From: an uncultured Puniceicoccaceae bacterium
GTDB lineage: Bacteria; Verrucomicrobiota; Verrucomicrobiia; Opitutales; Oceanipulchritudinaceae
NCBI GenBank assembly: GCA_963933835.1
Contig: CAWVVV010000001.1
Coordinates: forward strand, 492,588-556,587
DNA: 64,000 nucleotides
Direction: 5' to 3'
Shown: positions 37,380-48,215 of the stretch, piece after piece
How positions within the stretch are numbered: position 1 is the stretch's first letter
Layout of the letters: each line of letters opens with the position of its first letter
Notes under the pieces: generated by a model
What the model saw: the letters and a program-made list of their open reading frames with translations, nothing else
What the model was told of the DNA's origin: nothing
Database searches by the model: none
Translations under genes and position numbers: made by a program

Positions 37380-38567
37380 ATGTCCCGATTTGCTTCTATA
37401 GAAATAGCGCCGCCAGACCCGATCCTTGGCCTCAACGAACTTTTTAAAGCCGACCAACGATCGGGAAAAGTAAACTTGGGTGTCGGCGTTTTTGTGAACT
37501 CCGAAGGAAAGACCCCTACCTTCCAATGCATCACTGAAGCGGGTCGACGCATTGTGGCAGAAAACGGGACAAAGACTTACCTGCCGATAACCGGGCTGCC
37601 GAAATACACTTCCGCTGCCAAGGGACTCATTTTCGGAACTGACCTTCCAGAACACCTTATCAGTGCACAGACACCTGGAGGAACCGGTGCCCTTCGTGTA
37701 GCCGGAGACTTTATCTTTAAGAATCTCCCAAACGCAAAAGTTTGGGTTTCAAACCCTTCATGGGCGAATCACAAAGGCATCTTTGCAGCCGCCGGGCTCG
37801 ACGTCCAAAGCTACGCCTACTTTGACCCGACTCAAAACGGAATCGACCGCGAAGCCTTCTTTGCTGCTATCAGCGAAATCCCGGCTACTGATGTCGTCGT
37901 TTTCCACGCATGCTGTCACAATCCAACCGGAGCTGACCTCAGTGCGGATGATTGGAAGAAGGTCGCCACCATCGCCCAGGAGAAGGGGTGGACTCCACTC
38001 ATTGACTGCGCCTACCAAGGCTTCGGTGAGGGACTCGATACCGACGCACAAGGCGTGCGCACAATGGCAGCCTCAGGTGTTCCCTTCTTCCTCGCACAAT
38101 CATTCTCGAAAAATTTCGGCCTCTATCAGGACCGTGTCGGTGCGATCCACATCGCCTGTACAAACTCAGAAGAAGCAACCCGCGTAGCTAGCCGGCTGAA
38201 GACCTCCATTCGGGTCAACTACTCTAACCCACCAGCCCATGGGGCACACCTCGTCGCAGCAGTCCTCGGTGACGCTGGGCTGACCTCCCAGTGGGAAGAG
38301 GAGCTAGATACAATGCGCATCAGAATCAACGGCGTGCGGACTCAATTTGTAGCAAAAATGGCCGCTGCAGGCGTGAGCCGTGATTTCTCCTTTCTCGAGC
38401 AACAACGGGGCATGTTCTCCTTCACAGGACTGAACCGCGAGCAAGCGATCAAAATGCGCGAAGACTTCGGTGTCTACATGGTCGAAAGCGGCCGTATCAA
38501 CGTCGCTGGACTGACAGACAAGAACATCGACTACGTCGTCGATGCCATAAAGCAGACGCTAAACTAA
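37380..38567 (+). CDS. aspC: Aspartate/aromatic amino acid aminotransferase (AspC/TyrB)
   Basis: PPDPILGL, TPGGTGALR, CCHNPTG, SFSKNFGLY. Confidence 0.93.
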   Translation: MSRFASIEIAPPDPILGLNELFKADQRSGKVNLGVGVFVNSEGKTPTFQCITEAGRRIVAENGTKTYLPITGLPKYTSAAKGLIFGTDLPEHLISAQTPGGTGALRVAGDFIFKNLPNAKVWVSNPSWANHKGIFAAAGLDVQSYAYFDPTQNGIDREAFFAAISEIPATDVVVFHACCHNPTGADLSADDWKKVATIAQEKGWTPLIDCAYQGFGEGLDTDAQGVRTMAASGVPFFLAQSFSKNFGLYQDRVGAIHIACTNSEEATRVASRLKTSIRVNYSNPPAHGAHLVAAVLGDAGLTSQWEEELDTMRIRINGVRTQFVAKMAAAGVSRDFSFLEQQRGMFSFTGLNREQAIKMREDFGVYMVESGRINVAGLTDKNIDYVVDAIKQTLN

Positions 38568-38577
38568 ACCGCCTCGA

Positions 38578-41016
38578 TCACTCCGGCGGCGCCCAAGTTC
38601 CACCCGAGAAGAAGAAAAGCAGACTCTGCCACCCCTTGAGGGCAGAATCGACACGGTGAGACTGGACGATTTCAAAATGAGGGATCTCAACATCCTCATT
38701 CACGACTGAGCCAACCAGAACGGCGCGAATGGGTTGTCCGGGAAATGCGGCGTCAAATAGAGATACTTCTAGTGAGTAAATGCGAAAGTCACTTTCGATC
38801 GCCTTTGCGATACGCGCGCGGATGTTTGCGATATCAGGTAAGCCAAGCAGTCCGGCGATTTTTAAGCTGTCCTGTAAAATAGGTTTTGCATCATCGATAG
38901 ACTGAAGACTGAGCGTGCCTTTATTCAGTTTCGGCTGACTTCCTAGGGCATAGGAGATCGGCACCGATCCGTGTAGGCGTGCATCCAAGCTGAAGCCTAT
39001 CTGCCCTGCATCTTCGAGAAGACGCCCTGCCTCAATCCCGTCAAACCGAAGTACACTGTGAATAATGAGTGGCTCGCGAAGATTCAATTCAAAGGGAGCA
39101 ATCGATATCTTTCCACCCATCCAATTGCCTTCGATTTTTAGCACTTTCAGCTGATCACGCGTCAGCCAGTCGAACTGAATCAGAACGTCGTCAATCGCGT
39201 CCTGACCGCTCGTTATCTTTCCAATCCGGATTTCTTGCACACCGCTGGATGCGGGGAACGGCCCAACCGCTCGGAAGCTCAATGCCGATGACAGCCCGCT
39301 TAAGTGCCAGTTTCCCTTTCCCAGACGCACATTCAAGTCGTCAAATTTTAGGCCCACCTCAGCTTGGAAGGGGAAAAAGCGGTGCGGTTTCCCAGCTACG
39401 CTCCACTCAAGCTTCCCTTCCGCTACAACACTTTCGGCATCGGAGTATAAAGGGCGCAAGTGCTGCCGTAGTTGGTCCAGTGAGTATTGACCTCCACCCT
39501 CAAATTCCAGCCCAGCGTCGTCCATCTGACTTTCAATCGACCCGATGAGAAGGCCGTCAGTATCTCTAATTTCAGCGGCGCACGCAAAAGACGCATCCGA
39601 GTGATTATTCAAGCTACCATTAAGGCTCAATAAACGCAGAGATTCTGAGACGAATTCTAAATCCGCGGAGTATGTGTAAACACCTTCTTGCGATTCATCG
39701 AAGCGGGCATTTGCGAGCATCCAATCCGGAAAACGCTCGATCGCAATTGCACTCAACCGACCAGACAGAGCACCAGCGGACTGGCTCATAAACCAGCGAA
39801 ACGGTTTTACCGACCACTTGCCCCAAGCGGCCTTCAGAACAGACAGTTGGATTTCGGCTGTCTTGTCCTCTGGGTTTAAGAACGCCCGCATCGCAAAATC
39901 GACCTCCATCTCGCCTGCTCGAGACCAACGGACCGATGGCATCTCGATATGCAGCGGATTTCCATCGACGCCTGATACACTCGCTTTCATCGGACGCGTT
40001 TGCCCACCTAGGAAACTGATGTATTCAAAATCAACTACAACTTCGGCCTGCTTGATACGGTTATCTTCCTGTGTGACACCTGCGCTAAGGCCATTCGTCT
40101 GGAATTCAATACCCTTTTCTGAGCGTGCCCAAAAAGGGCCCTGCTCAAGCAATACTGAATACGCCGAGATATCAGAACCTTCTCCCTCAACCAGTGCTTC
40201 TAATTCTAGCGTCGAAGCCTCCCAGTCATCAAGCCACTGACCCAATCTAGTTTCCACGCTATACTCATGTTGTGCGGGCAAGATCTGCTCCCAAACATCA
40301 AGGAGATGTCGTCCCGACCATGACAGTTGCGTCTGCCATTTGGGGGTCGATGATTCGTCATTAAGCAAAAACTGAAAGTCAAAATCGACACCACTTCCCA
40401 TCGTACTCAGACGGCGACGATCATCGACGGTCGACAAGTCCAACTCGATGTCCATGCCCATCGAATGATCTCCAAAATCGATTCCAACCTCTACATTGTG
40501 AGCGAGAAGACGGTCTAGCGGAAACGCCCACCACTGCTCAAGCCAACCAGACTCGGGCAATACGACGGATGGCGAGAAATCGACGGGCAAAAATGAACCA
40601 TGGATTGTTCGCAAAGACAGACGCGGTCCTTTGGGTGTCTTATTCAAACGCGAAAAATAGCTCTCAGCAGATAGATCGAACGCCATCGAAAGTTGCCCGA
40701 TCTCAACTGAATCCAGCCGGTCATCGGCCAATTCAAGGGGTCGCCAGCGCATCGAGACATCTTCAGCAAGCGCATCAAACCCTTCGCCCCTCAAAGCAAT
40801 GGACTCGATATCAGCTCCAGAGAGGCCAACCCAACGAATGTCTATCTCAGACTCGATCCCATGCTCGGACAGTGCTGCTTCAGCCCATTGCTTAGCCAGA
40901 TAGTCTGCGTAGTGAAGAATCACATACGCCAATGCGACACATGCCAATACGCTGAGACTCATCCAAGCGAGCCATTGTGGCAGATTGAGCCCCTTGCCCA
41001 GACTCCTGATCTTCAT
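38578..41016 (-). CDS. Large membrane-anchored beta-rich protein, YdbH/AsmA-like
   Basis: N-terminal TM; repeated beta-strand pattern; W.GG.I and L.G.VP motifs near the C-terminus. Confidence 0.55.
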   Translation of the reverse strand: MKIRSLGKGLNLPQWLAWMSLSVLACVALAYVILHYADYLAKQWAEAALSEHGIESEIDIRWVGLSGADIESIALRGEGFDALAEDVSMRWRPLELADDRLDSVEIGQLSMAFDLSAESYFSRLNKTPKGPRLSLRTIHGSFLPVDFSPSVVLPESGWLEQWWAFPLDRLLAHNVEVGIDFGDHSMGMDIELDLSTVDDRRRLSTMGSGVDFDFQFLLNDESSTPKWQTQLSWSGRHLLDVWEQILPAQHEYSVETRLGQWLDDWEASTLELEALVEGEGSDISAYSVLLEQGPFWARSEKGIEFQTNGLSAGVTQEDNRIKQAEVVVDFEYISFLGGQTRPMKASVSGVDGNPLHIEMPSVRWSRAGEMEVDFAMRAFLNPEDKTAEIQLSVLKAAWGKWSVKPFRWFMSQSAGALSGRLSAIAIERFPDWMLANARFDESQEGVYTYSADLEFVSESLRLLSLNGSLNNHSDASFACAAEIRDTDGLLIGSIESQMDDAGLEFEGGGQYSLDQLRQHLRPLYSDAESVVAEGKLEWSVAGKPHRFFPFQAEVGLKFDDLNVRLGKGNWHLSGLSSALSFRAVGPFPASSGVQEIRIGKITSGQDAIDDVLIQFDWLTRDQLKVLKIEGNWMGGKISIAPFELNLREPLIIHSVLRFDGIEAGRLLEDAGQIGFSLDARLHGSVPISYALGSQPKLNKGTLSLQSIDDAKPILQDSLKIAGLLGLPDIANIRARIAKAIESDFRIYSLEVSLFDAAFPGQPIRAVLVGSVVNEDVEIPHFEIVQSHRVDSALKGWQSLLFFFSGGTWAPPE

Positions 41017-41020
41017 CCAA

Positions 41021-41779
41021 TCAGTCTACCTGTGGGACACTAAAGATCGTCTCGAAGACGCCATTATTGATTTCGATACGCTCGAGCTCAACAAAACCAC
41101 TTGGCTCTCCATCCGTAAATCGTTCACTCCTCCGCGCTACCCAGACTCTACCTGCTCGCGTATAATCGCTGAGTTTTTCGACGACAGAAGTCTCTCCATC
41201 TGAGTCCGTTTTGTATTCGAATTTCAAGACACGAAGCGTCCTCGAATCCAAGTATGCACGACGCATGTCGCCAAGATAAGTCGACTCTATAACGTAGGCA
41301 GGAATACGACCTACATATTCAACTCCGTTAAGTTTGTGCTCAACACCATCTTCTGCCGTCAAAAAAAGTAGCCCAAAGATGGACTGATCATATTCAAAGC
41401 GCTCTTTTTCCTCCCCCTCAAGAATCGTCACCTGCTTACGTCCATCTGTGGCTTCGAGCATGCGCCAGCTGTTCTCACCATCGAACCCGCGATGGATTCG
41501 CATATCGCCCAAATGCACTGTAATCCGTTTTAGGTTTGGGCGCTTTCTGAGCAGAGTGAGCGCTCGCTTCTCTCCATTCATTGTGATCGACCCACGAGCT
41601 CGGATCGAACGCACTTGATTTACACCCTCTTCGCCCCCGTTTTCCTCAAGGAAGGCGGCCAATACTTCCTCAATCGTCTTTAAAGGAGCGGTTTGCGCAG
41701 ACAGAGCTGTCGCAACAGCACAACAGAGGGTAATCAGACTGAGGGCACGCCAGAGGCTAAGCATAAGAACTTCATCCAA
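41021..41779 (-). CDS. Secreted LolA-like/lipoprotein-sorting fold protein
   Basis: Signal peptide, GGEE..V.SI.A.G, KRPN..R, GFDGE..W, IEINNG..F. Confidence 0.6.
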   Translation of the reverse strand: MDEVLMLSLWRALSLITLCCAVATALSAQTAPLKTIEEVLAAFLEENGGEEGVNQVRSIRARGSITMNGEKRALTLLRKRPNLKRITVHLGDMRIHRGFDGENSWRMLEATDGRKQVTILEGEEKERFEYDQSIFGLLFLTAEDGVEHKLNGVEYVGRIPAYVIESTYLGDMRRAYLDSRTLRVLKFEYKTDSDGETSVVEKLSDYTRAGRVWVARRSERFTDGEPSGFVELERIEINNGVFETIFSVPQVD

Positions 41780-41898
41780 CGTGCTTCCTGCCAGCTGGCA
41801 AATTACTTTTACCTTTTCGCGCGCTTTTGAGCACTGATTTGCTCAATCCGAAGCTCAGAACTTGCACCGAATGGAGCGATCGATTCCCTTGTTCTCCT

Positions 41899-43005
41899 AT
41901 GGGTAATAGTTTTGGCACACTCTTTCGGATATCTACCTGGGGCGAAAGCCACGGTGGCGGGGTTGGCGTGGTCCTAGACGGCTGCCCTCCAGGACTTCCG
42001 ATCACGGCAGAAGAAATTCAATTTGAGCTCGATCGGCGGCGGCCCGGACAAAGCGACATCACAACTCCGAGGAAAGAGGCCGACGCGGTCACCATTCTCA
42101 GTGGAGTGAATGACGGCGTGACGCTCGGGACACCGATAGCGATGAATATCCAAAACAAGGACCATCGCCCGGGCGCGTATGACGAGATGAAACTCGCTTT
42201 CCGCCCAAGCCACGCAGACTACACCTACGAGTCTAAATTCGGCCGACGCATGGCTGAAGGTGGTGGTCGTTCGAGCGCGAGAGAGACCATCGGGCGCGTT
42301 GCTGCGGGTGCAATCGCTCGCAAAATCCTCAAACTCGCTGGCTCAATCGAGATCGTCGCTTACATCGAGCGTATTCAAGACATTGCTATGCCGGAGGATT
42401 TCTCGGGCGAGATCAGCCTCGCTACGATTGAGGCAAATGCCGTTCGTTGCCCTCATCCCGCTACTGCGGAACGTATGATTGAGCGCATCAAAGCGATGCG
42501 CAATGAAGGCAACAGTGTTGGAGGCGTTGTTCGTTGTATCATTCGCAATACTCCCGTCGGGCTCGGAGTGCCCGTCTTTGATCGCTTAGAAGCAGATCTT
42601 GGCAAGGCGATGCTTTCGCTCCCAGCGACCAAAGGCTTTGAAGTTGGCAGCGGGTTCGCTGGAACCTACCTCACGGGCGCTGAGCACAATGATGCCTTCA
42701 TCAAAGAAGGTGATAAAATCCGCACCGCCACAAATCGTTCAGGCGGTGTCCAGGGCGGAATCAGCAATGGTGAAGAGATCTACTTCCGCGTCGCATTCAA
42801 GCCAACCGCAACGATCATGCAGACCCAAAACACGGTAAACAAAGCCGGTGATGAAATTGAGTTGAAAGGCAAAGGACGCCATGACCCCTGCGTCCTCCCG
42901 CGCGCTGTCCCGATCGTCGAGGCGATGGCCTCGCTTGTCCTGCTAGATCACTGGATGCGCCAGAAAGCACAAAACGAATCCTTTGATTTCTCCAGATTGA
43001 CCTAA
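41899..43005 (+). CDS. aroC: Chorismate synthase
   Basis: [34 protein letters not shown]. Confidence 0.97.
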   Translation: MGNSFGTLFRISTWGESHGGGVGVVLDGCPPGLPITAEEIQFELDRRRPGQSDITTPRKEADAVTILSGVNDGVTLGTPIAMNIQNKDHRPGAYDEMKLAFRPSHADYTYESKFGRRMAEGGGRSSARETIGRVAAGAIARKILKLAGSIEIVAYIERIQDIAMPEDFSGEISLATIEANAVRCPHPATAERMIERIKAMRNEGNSVGGVVRCIIRNTPVGLGVPVFDRLEADLGKAMLSLPATKGFEVGSGFAGTYLTGAEHNDAFIKEGDKIRTATNRSGGVQGGISNGEEIYFRVAFKPTATIMQTQNTVNKAGDEIELKGKGRHDPCVLPRAVPIVEAMASLVLLDHWMRQKAQNESFDFSRLT

Positions 43006-43026
43006 GGTAAGTAACCTTTCGAAGCC

Positions 43027-43773
43027 GTGACTGCACTCTACCTCATCCTCGGATCTCAACTCAATGCCCAGCGCGACCTCGCGAACTACTTGTGCCAGCA
43101 CGGCCTCGAAAATCCTGCAACCGCCGCGATCTATTTTCCCGAGACTAGCCCGTCTACAACCGACAGTGCAGCATCCTGGGCGTTTGGCGACGGAGGCACT
43201 TTAGCCCTTCCTGCCAAAGCAAGCGACAATGAGGCGATCTTTCTCCTCTGCTCACCGAGCGAAGACCCACGCCCTTTTCTCGAAGCCGTTGCCGGTGCTC
43301 TTCAGGCCACAAAGTTTGAGCTCGCCCGTATCTTTACCGTCGTCGATTGCGGGCTGCTCTGCGAGCAGCCTCAGCTCAAGGCCTACTACGAACTGTGCCT
43401 TCACTTCAGCGATGTCTTCCTCCTCGGAAATCGCTCCGATGTGAGCAAAAAATGGGTTCAGGGCTACATCGACGAACTCAAGAAAATGGCCGTCCCGACG
43501 CGGATTGAATACCTCAAAGCAGACGGTAAAGTCGATGCTGTGAGCGAGTTTCTATTCCCTGAAGCGCGCCGCGTTAGCCAGATTTTCGACGCGGCTGATG
43601 GCCCCGATGATCCGGGACTGATCATCGAGAGTCAGTCCGAAGACGACGACCAAGAAGATGAAGAGGAGATCACTAAATTCGACCTCCGAAACCTGGAGAA
43701 TGATCCTTATCTCCTTCGATTCGAAGACGACAGTTTCGAGATAAAACTCCGAACCTTTCCAGAATACCCGTAA
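43027..43773 (+). CDS. Hypothetical protein, weak CobW-like G4 region
   Basis: ARIFTVVDC...FSDVFLLGNRSD; acidic tail. Confidence 0.6.
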   Translation: MTALYLILGSQLNAQRDLANYLCQHGLENPATAAIYFPETSPSTTDSAASWAFGDGGTLALPAKASDNEAIFLLCSPSEDPRPFLEAVAGALQATKFELARIFTVVDCGLLCEQPQLKAYYELCLHFSDVFLLGNRSDVSKKWVQGYIDELKKMAVPTRIEYLKADGKVDAVSEFLFPEARRVSQIFDAADGPDDPGLIIESQSEDDDQEDEEEITKFDLRNLENDPYLLRFEDDSFEIKLRTFPEYP

Positions 43774-43843
43774 GGAAACTCATTCAGTGCTTGAAGTCCT
43801 TGTCCAGCTAGGCACAGTGGCCCGTTTTCCTCAAGACATCGCC

Positions 43844-44326
43844 ATGCTCGGTATCTTCATAACTTTTCTTACTTTCGTTCTCATCCTCGTAACACTGTTC
43901 ATGTGTTTGGTCGTTCTTATGCAGCGTCCAAACGCCAATGCTGGTATGGGTGCCGCCTTTGGTGGTGGTGTAACGGAATCAACTTTTGGTGCGGAAACGA
44001 CCAACGTGTTAACTCGCGCGACGAAGTGGTCAGGCATCACATTCTTCGTCTTCGCCCTCCTCCTCTACGCGCTCTATCTCGTTGATAGCACGCCAGATGA
44101 AGCAGAGGCACTCACCCTTCCTGAGTTCGCTACGGAAGAGAGCGCAGGTATCGAAGCTCCGGACACAGCAGGCGACCCAAGTCTTATTGAGGACGCGCAA
44201 GCCGCTGCGGCTGACATCTCCGTTACGGTTGACTCCAAGACTGAGGAAGTCGTCGGTGCAGTTGAGGACGCTGCCGAACAGGTCGACCCAGTAAAGACTC
44301 CGGGACCACCGTCACAGCAGAACTAG
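43844..44326 (+). CDS. secG: Preprotein translocase subunit SecG with acidic tail
   Basis: VLMQ...GMGAAFGGG...FG...NVLTRAT. Confidence 0.92.
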   Translation: MLGIFITFLTFVLILVTLFMCLVVLMQRPNANAGMGAAFGGGVTESTFGAETTNVLTRATKWSGITFFVFALLLYALYLVDSTPDEAEALTLPEFATEESAGIEAPDTAGDPSLIEDAQAAAADISVTVDSKTEEVVGAVEDAAEQVDPVKTPGPPSQQN

Positions 44327-44353
44327 CACTTCTGTCCGATTGAACCTTTTACC

Positions 44354-44386
44354 ACCCGCCTGAGACAAACTCATGGCGGGTTTTTT
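44354..44386 (+). terminator. Intrinsic terminator after secG
   Basis: CCCGCC-UGAG...CUCA-U-GGCGGG-U6. Confidence 0.75.
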
Positions 44387-44397
44387 GTGCCCTCACG

Positions 44398-45249
44398 ATG
44401 TCGATCCGATTCCCAGTTCTAATCCTTCTCCTGGCAGCTATCGCCGGTGATCTCATTGCGCAACCGAAGAGACTGCCACCGTCGATCCGCAACCCTACCC
44501 AACTCGATGCCACCGAGGGTAAGCGCGTAATCGAGCAATTTCGTGACTTCCGCGTCGGAGGGGACTTCATTTTTTCGATCACGCTCGTTCACGAGCCCTA
44601 CCGGGGTGACAGCTTCAGCTATGACGGCACTTTGTCCGGCTACGCCAGCCCAAGCCTGCGCACACGCATCGACCTCATTCCCGAAGGCTCAGATACGGCC
44701 GTGTTGAAATACCTCCAGTGGAGCCGGCCAGCCCCCGCCCTATCAAGAATCGACCTCCGAGAGAACGAACCCACGGTCAAAGACGTCCTCAGCCAGAGCC
44801 TCTTTGAGCCTCTCCTCCCTGGGCTCACCTTCAGTCCCTTCGACCTCATGATGCCCTTCCTCGACTGGCCAGACTACGCCTACGAGGGCACCCGCCGCTT
44901 TCGAGGTCGCGAAGTCCACTTTTTCCTCCTCTATCCTCCTCTCGACGACCCTGTCGCTGAATCCATCGGTGGCGTTCGTGTCGCGGTCGATGCTAACTTT
45001 AACGTCGCTGTTCGCACCGAAACCCTCGACAGCACCGGCAACGCCCTTCGACGCCTCGACGTTCGAAGCGTAAAAAAAGTCGATGAACAATGGATGATCC
45101 GGCGCCTTGATCTCGTTGACCTCGAAACCCGCGACCGGACCCGCCTAGTCGTTAACGCCGCCCGCATCGGACTCGCCCTTGAGCCCAGCCTCTTCACCCC
45201 AAAGGGCCTCACTCAGCCCTTACCTGAGACCGAATTGAAGGAGCTCTAG
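44398..45249 (+). CDS. Outer-membrane lipoprotein-sorting (LolA-like) protein
   Basis: Signal peptide, FSPFDL, KKVDEQW, DLETRDRT. Confidence 0.65.
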   Translation: MSIRFPVLILLLAAIAGDLIAQPKRLPPSIRNPTQLDATEGKRVIEQFRDFRVGGDFIFSITLVHEPYRGDSFSYDGTLSGYASPSLRTRIDLIPEGSDTAVLKYLQWSRPAPALSRIDLRENEPTVKDVLSQSLFEPLLPGLTFSPFDLMMPFLDWPDYAYEGTRRFRGREVHFFLLYPPLDDPVAESIGGVRVAVDANFNVAVRTETLDSTGNALRRLDVRSVKKVDEQWMIRRLDLVDLETRDRTRLVVNAARIGLALEPSLFTPKGLTQPLPETELKEL

Positions 45250-45387
45250 CAATACCTCAATTTTTGCCCGCTCCGAGCTTTGGCAAGAAGACCAAACGTG
45301 AAGGCTAGCTGAAGGCTCTATGAAGATTCAGTGAACTGATTCTTTTATGCTCGATTCCAGCCCCGCTGTCCTTCCGACTTAACCACC

Positions 45388-46152
45388 GTGGGTCAAAATC
45401 CAGACGCAAACACAGGACCGAATCCCAAGCACGTCGCCATCATCATGGACGGCAATGGTCGTTGGGCGCAGAAACAAGGCCTCGCGCGCAACGAAGGACA
45501 CCGCGCCGGCGTCCGCAACGTCGAGAATATCGTCAACGCTTGCCGCGACCTAAACGTGCCTTTTCTAACTCTTTACGCCTTTTCGGCCGAAAACTGGAAC
45601 CGCCCTCGGCTCGAGGTCGAGGCACTGATGCACCTGCTCGAGCAGTTTCTAAAAAAACAACGAGGCAACCTCCTAGAAAATGGAATCCGGCTCCGAGTCC
45701 TCGGGCGGCTAGAAGAAATGCCGGGCCGCGTTCGCAAGCAGCTCGAACAAACGCTCGCTGACACCGCCCACTTCACTGATTCGAACCTCTCGCTCGCTCT
45801 CAACTACGGCTCTCGAACCGAAGTCGTCGACGCCGTAAAGAGCTATGCCCTCGCCTGTCAGCGGGGCGATGTAGATCCCGAGAAGATCGATTGGGAAACC
45901 TTCGCGAGCCATCTCTACACTGCAGACCTTCCTGACCCCGATCTCGTTATCCGCACTTCAGGCGAGCAGCGCATCAGCAATTTTCTGCTCCTTCAGTCGG
46001 CTTACGCTGAGTATCTCTTTCCAGAGAAGTTTTGGCCCGAGTTCGGCGTCGAAGATCTGGCGGCAGCGATTCAATCCTATCGACAACGTGAGCGCCGCCA
46101 CGGAAAAACCGGTGAACAGGTGAAAAACGAACGCCTCACCACACAACGATGA
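45388..46152 (+). CDS. uppS: Undecaprenyl diphosphate synthase
   Basis: HVAIIMDGNGRWA, YAFSAENWNRP, RTSGEQRISNFLL. Confidence 0.96.
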   Translation: MGQNPDANTGPNPKHVAIIMDGNGRWAQKQGLARNEGHRAGVRNVENIVNACRDLNVPFLTLYAFSAENWNRPRLEVEALMHLLEQFLKKQRGNLLENGIRLRVLGRLEEMPGRVRKQLEQTLADTAHFTDSNLSLALNYGSRTEVVDAVKSYALACQRGDVDPEKIDWETFASHLYTADLPDPDLVIRTSGEQRISNFLLLQSAYAEYLFPEKFWPEFGVEDLAAAIQSYRQRERRHGKTGEQVKNERLTTQR

Positions 46153-46961
46153 AACAACGCATACTTAGCTTTGCCATTCTATGGCTATTAACGATTGGCC
46201 TGCCGTGGGTTTTTGGACCCGCAGGCGCCGTCTACCTCATCGTATTTGCGGTATTCCTTACTCAGATGGAGATCTACCAGCTCCTCGGGCGCATGGGAAT
46301 TGAGTCCTCTCATAAGACTGGCCTCAGCCTCGGTCTCTTCCTCAGCCTCGGAGCCTATTACGGGCCAGCGCTTGGTTTTTCTTTCGGCACCCTTCTCGCC
46401 CTCTGCGTAGGAGGCAGCGTTATTGCGCATCTTTTCGAACCGCTCGACAAACGGAGCTTCCAGCGCATCGGTGCCACCATTTTCGGCATCACGATGGGAC
46501 CTTTTCTCCTCGGGTTTTTCACTAGCACAATCCTCCTCCCCCAAGGTGTAGCGCTCACGATTTGGATAGCAGGCGTTGCTAAATTCTCCGACGTCGGCGC
46601 ACTCCTCACTGGTATGGCAATTGGGAAAACCCCCCTTGCGCCCAACCTCAGCCCAAATAAAACTCGAGAAGGTGCCATCGGCGGCGTCATCAGTTCCTGC
46701 ATTGTCGGCGCGGGCACCGTTGCCTTCCTCCCCAGCCTCTTTCCGGATAGCCTGAGCCCCCTCGCCGCTGGCCTGATCGCTATCCCCCTCGCGATTGCCG
46801 CGATGTCTGCAGATCTCTTTGAGAGCGCGATCAAACGCGAAGCGAAGGTGAAGGACTCGGGCAAGTTCATCCCAGGCATCGGTGGTGCGTTCGACCTCAC
46901 CGACTCCATGCTCCTCGCTGCCCCGATCGGCTACGCCCTCCTTGCCCCGATTGTTAGCTAG
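46149..46961 (+). CDS. cdsA: Phosphatidate cytidylyltransferase
   Basis: SPNKT.EG, DLFESAIKR..VKDSG..IPG.GG..D. Confidence 0.94.
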   Translation: MKQRILSFAILWLLTIGLPWVFGPAGAVYLIVFAVFLTQMEIYQLLGRMGIESSHKTGLSLGLFLSLGAYYGPALGFSFGTLLALCVGGSVIAHLFEPLDKRSFQRIGATIFGITMGPFLLGFFTSTILLPQGVALTIWIAGVAKFSDVGALLTGMAIGKTPLAPNLSPNKTREGAIGGVISSCIVGAGTVAFLPSLFPDSLSPLAAGLIAIPLAIAAMSADLFESAIKREAKVKDSGKFIPGIGGAFDLTDSMLLAAPIGYALLAPIVS

Positions 46962-46999
46962 CGCGGGACCGGTCACCCGTTCGCAAATCCACCTATTTC

Positions 47000-47090
47000 A
47001 ATGATGAATGATGCATTACCCGAATGATGATTAACTCAAGCCGTATGCAATGCCGTCATTCAAAATTCATCACTCATCACTCATCATTCT
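47000..47090. repeat. Heptamer-built palindromic intergenic repeat, copy 1 (cdsA-dxr)
   Basis: Left arm AATGATG AATGATG CATTACCCG AATGATG; right arm TCATTCA AAATTCA TCACTCA TCACTCA TCATTCT. Confidence 0.85.
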
Positions 47091-47093
47091 AAA

Positions 47094-48215
47094 ATGCCTA
47101 CCCCCCGACGCATCGTCCTCCTTGGCGCAACCGGATCAATCGGTGAAAGCACCCTAAAGGTCATTCGCCAGCATCCCGATCGACTAGAGCTCGTCGGGAT
47201 CGCCGCTGGCCGCCAGAAGGCAGCGCTCGCAGACATTGCGAACGAGTTTGGTGTGCGCGAGACCAGCCTCTATAGTGAAGAGGGGCTCGCTGGACTTGAG
47301 CGGCTCGCCACTTTACCCGAAGCCGATATTGTCCTCGTCGCCACGACCGGCACCGTCGCTTTGCGACCAACTCTCGCCGCCCTCGCGGCGGGAAAAGATA
47401 TCGCCCTTGCGAACAAGGAAACACTCGTCATCGGCGGCCACCTTGTCATGGCAGCCGCTCGCAAAAGTGGCGCACGCGTTTACCCCATCGACAGCGAGCA
47501 CAACGCCCTCTTTCAGTGCCTCGAAGGCAACCCCGATTCACGCCTCATTCGTCGCCTCCTCCTCACCGCTTCCGGTGGTGCGCTACGTGAGATGCCTCTG
47601 GAGAAATTCAAAGACGTCACACCCGAGGAAGCCCTCCGCCATCCAAACTGGTCGATGGGGCCAAAGGTGACTGTCGATACGGCTACGATGGCAAACAAAG
47701 GCCTAGAGATGATCGAAGCACGCTGGCTCTTCGATGTCCGATCCGATCAAATCGATGCCGTCATTCACCCTCAAAGTCTCGTCCACAGTATGGTTGAGTT
47801 TTGCGATGGGTCGATCCTCGCTCAGCTCTCGCCTCCCTCGATGACTTTCGCGATCCAGCACATTCTGCTCTATCCGGATCGCGCCCCTGGCGTCCTCGAG
47901 ACAATCGATTTCACCCAAGCGCTTCAGCTCGATTTCAGCCCACCCGACGAAAAACGCTTCCCATGTCTTCACCTCGCGCGCCAAGCGATGGCAGCCGATG
48001 ACTTTTCCGCCGCCATTTTCAGCACTGCAAATGAAGTCGCGGTGAACGCTTTCCTGCGCAAAGAAGTCCCTTTCCTTGCCATTCCTGAGCTCATTTCCAA
48101 TGTTCTCAGCAGCGTTTCGACCGATCTTCCTAAAGACCTAGAAACGCTCACCGCCGCCGAAGACGCTGTCCGCGTCCACGCCGAAAACCTTCTTTCAAAT
48201 TATGGAATTTCTTAA
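47094..48215 (+). CDS. dxr: 1-deoxy-D-xylulose-5-phosphate reductoisomerase
   Basis: LGATGSIG, LANKE, PIDSEH, HPNWSMG, NKGLE. Confidence 0.97.
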   Translation: MPTPRRIVLLGATGSIGESTLKVIRQHPDRLELVGIAAGRQKAALADIANEFGVRETSLYSEEGLAGLERLATLPEADIVLVATTGTVALRPTLAALAAGKDIALANKETLVIGGHLVMAAARKSGARVYPIDSEHNALFQCLEGNPDSRLIRRLLLTASGGALREMPLEKFKDVTPEEALRHPNWSMGPKVTVDTATMANKGLEMIEARWLFDVRSDQIDAVIHPQSLVHSMVEFCDGSILAQLSPPSMTFAIQHILLYPDRAPGVLETIDFTQALQLDFSPPDEKRFPCLHLARQAMAADDFSAAIFSTANEVAVNAFLRKEVPFLAIPELISNVLSSVSTDLPKDLETLTAAEDAVRVHAENLLSNYGIS

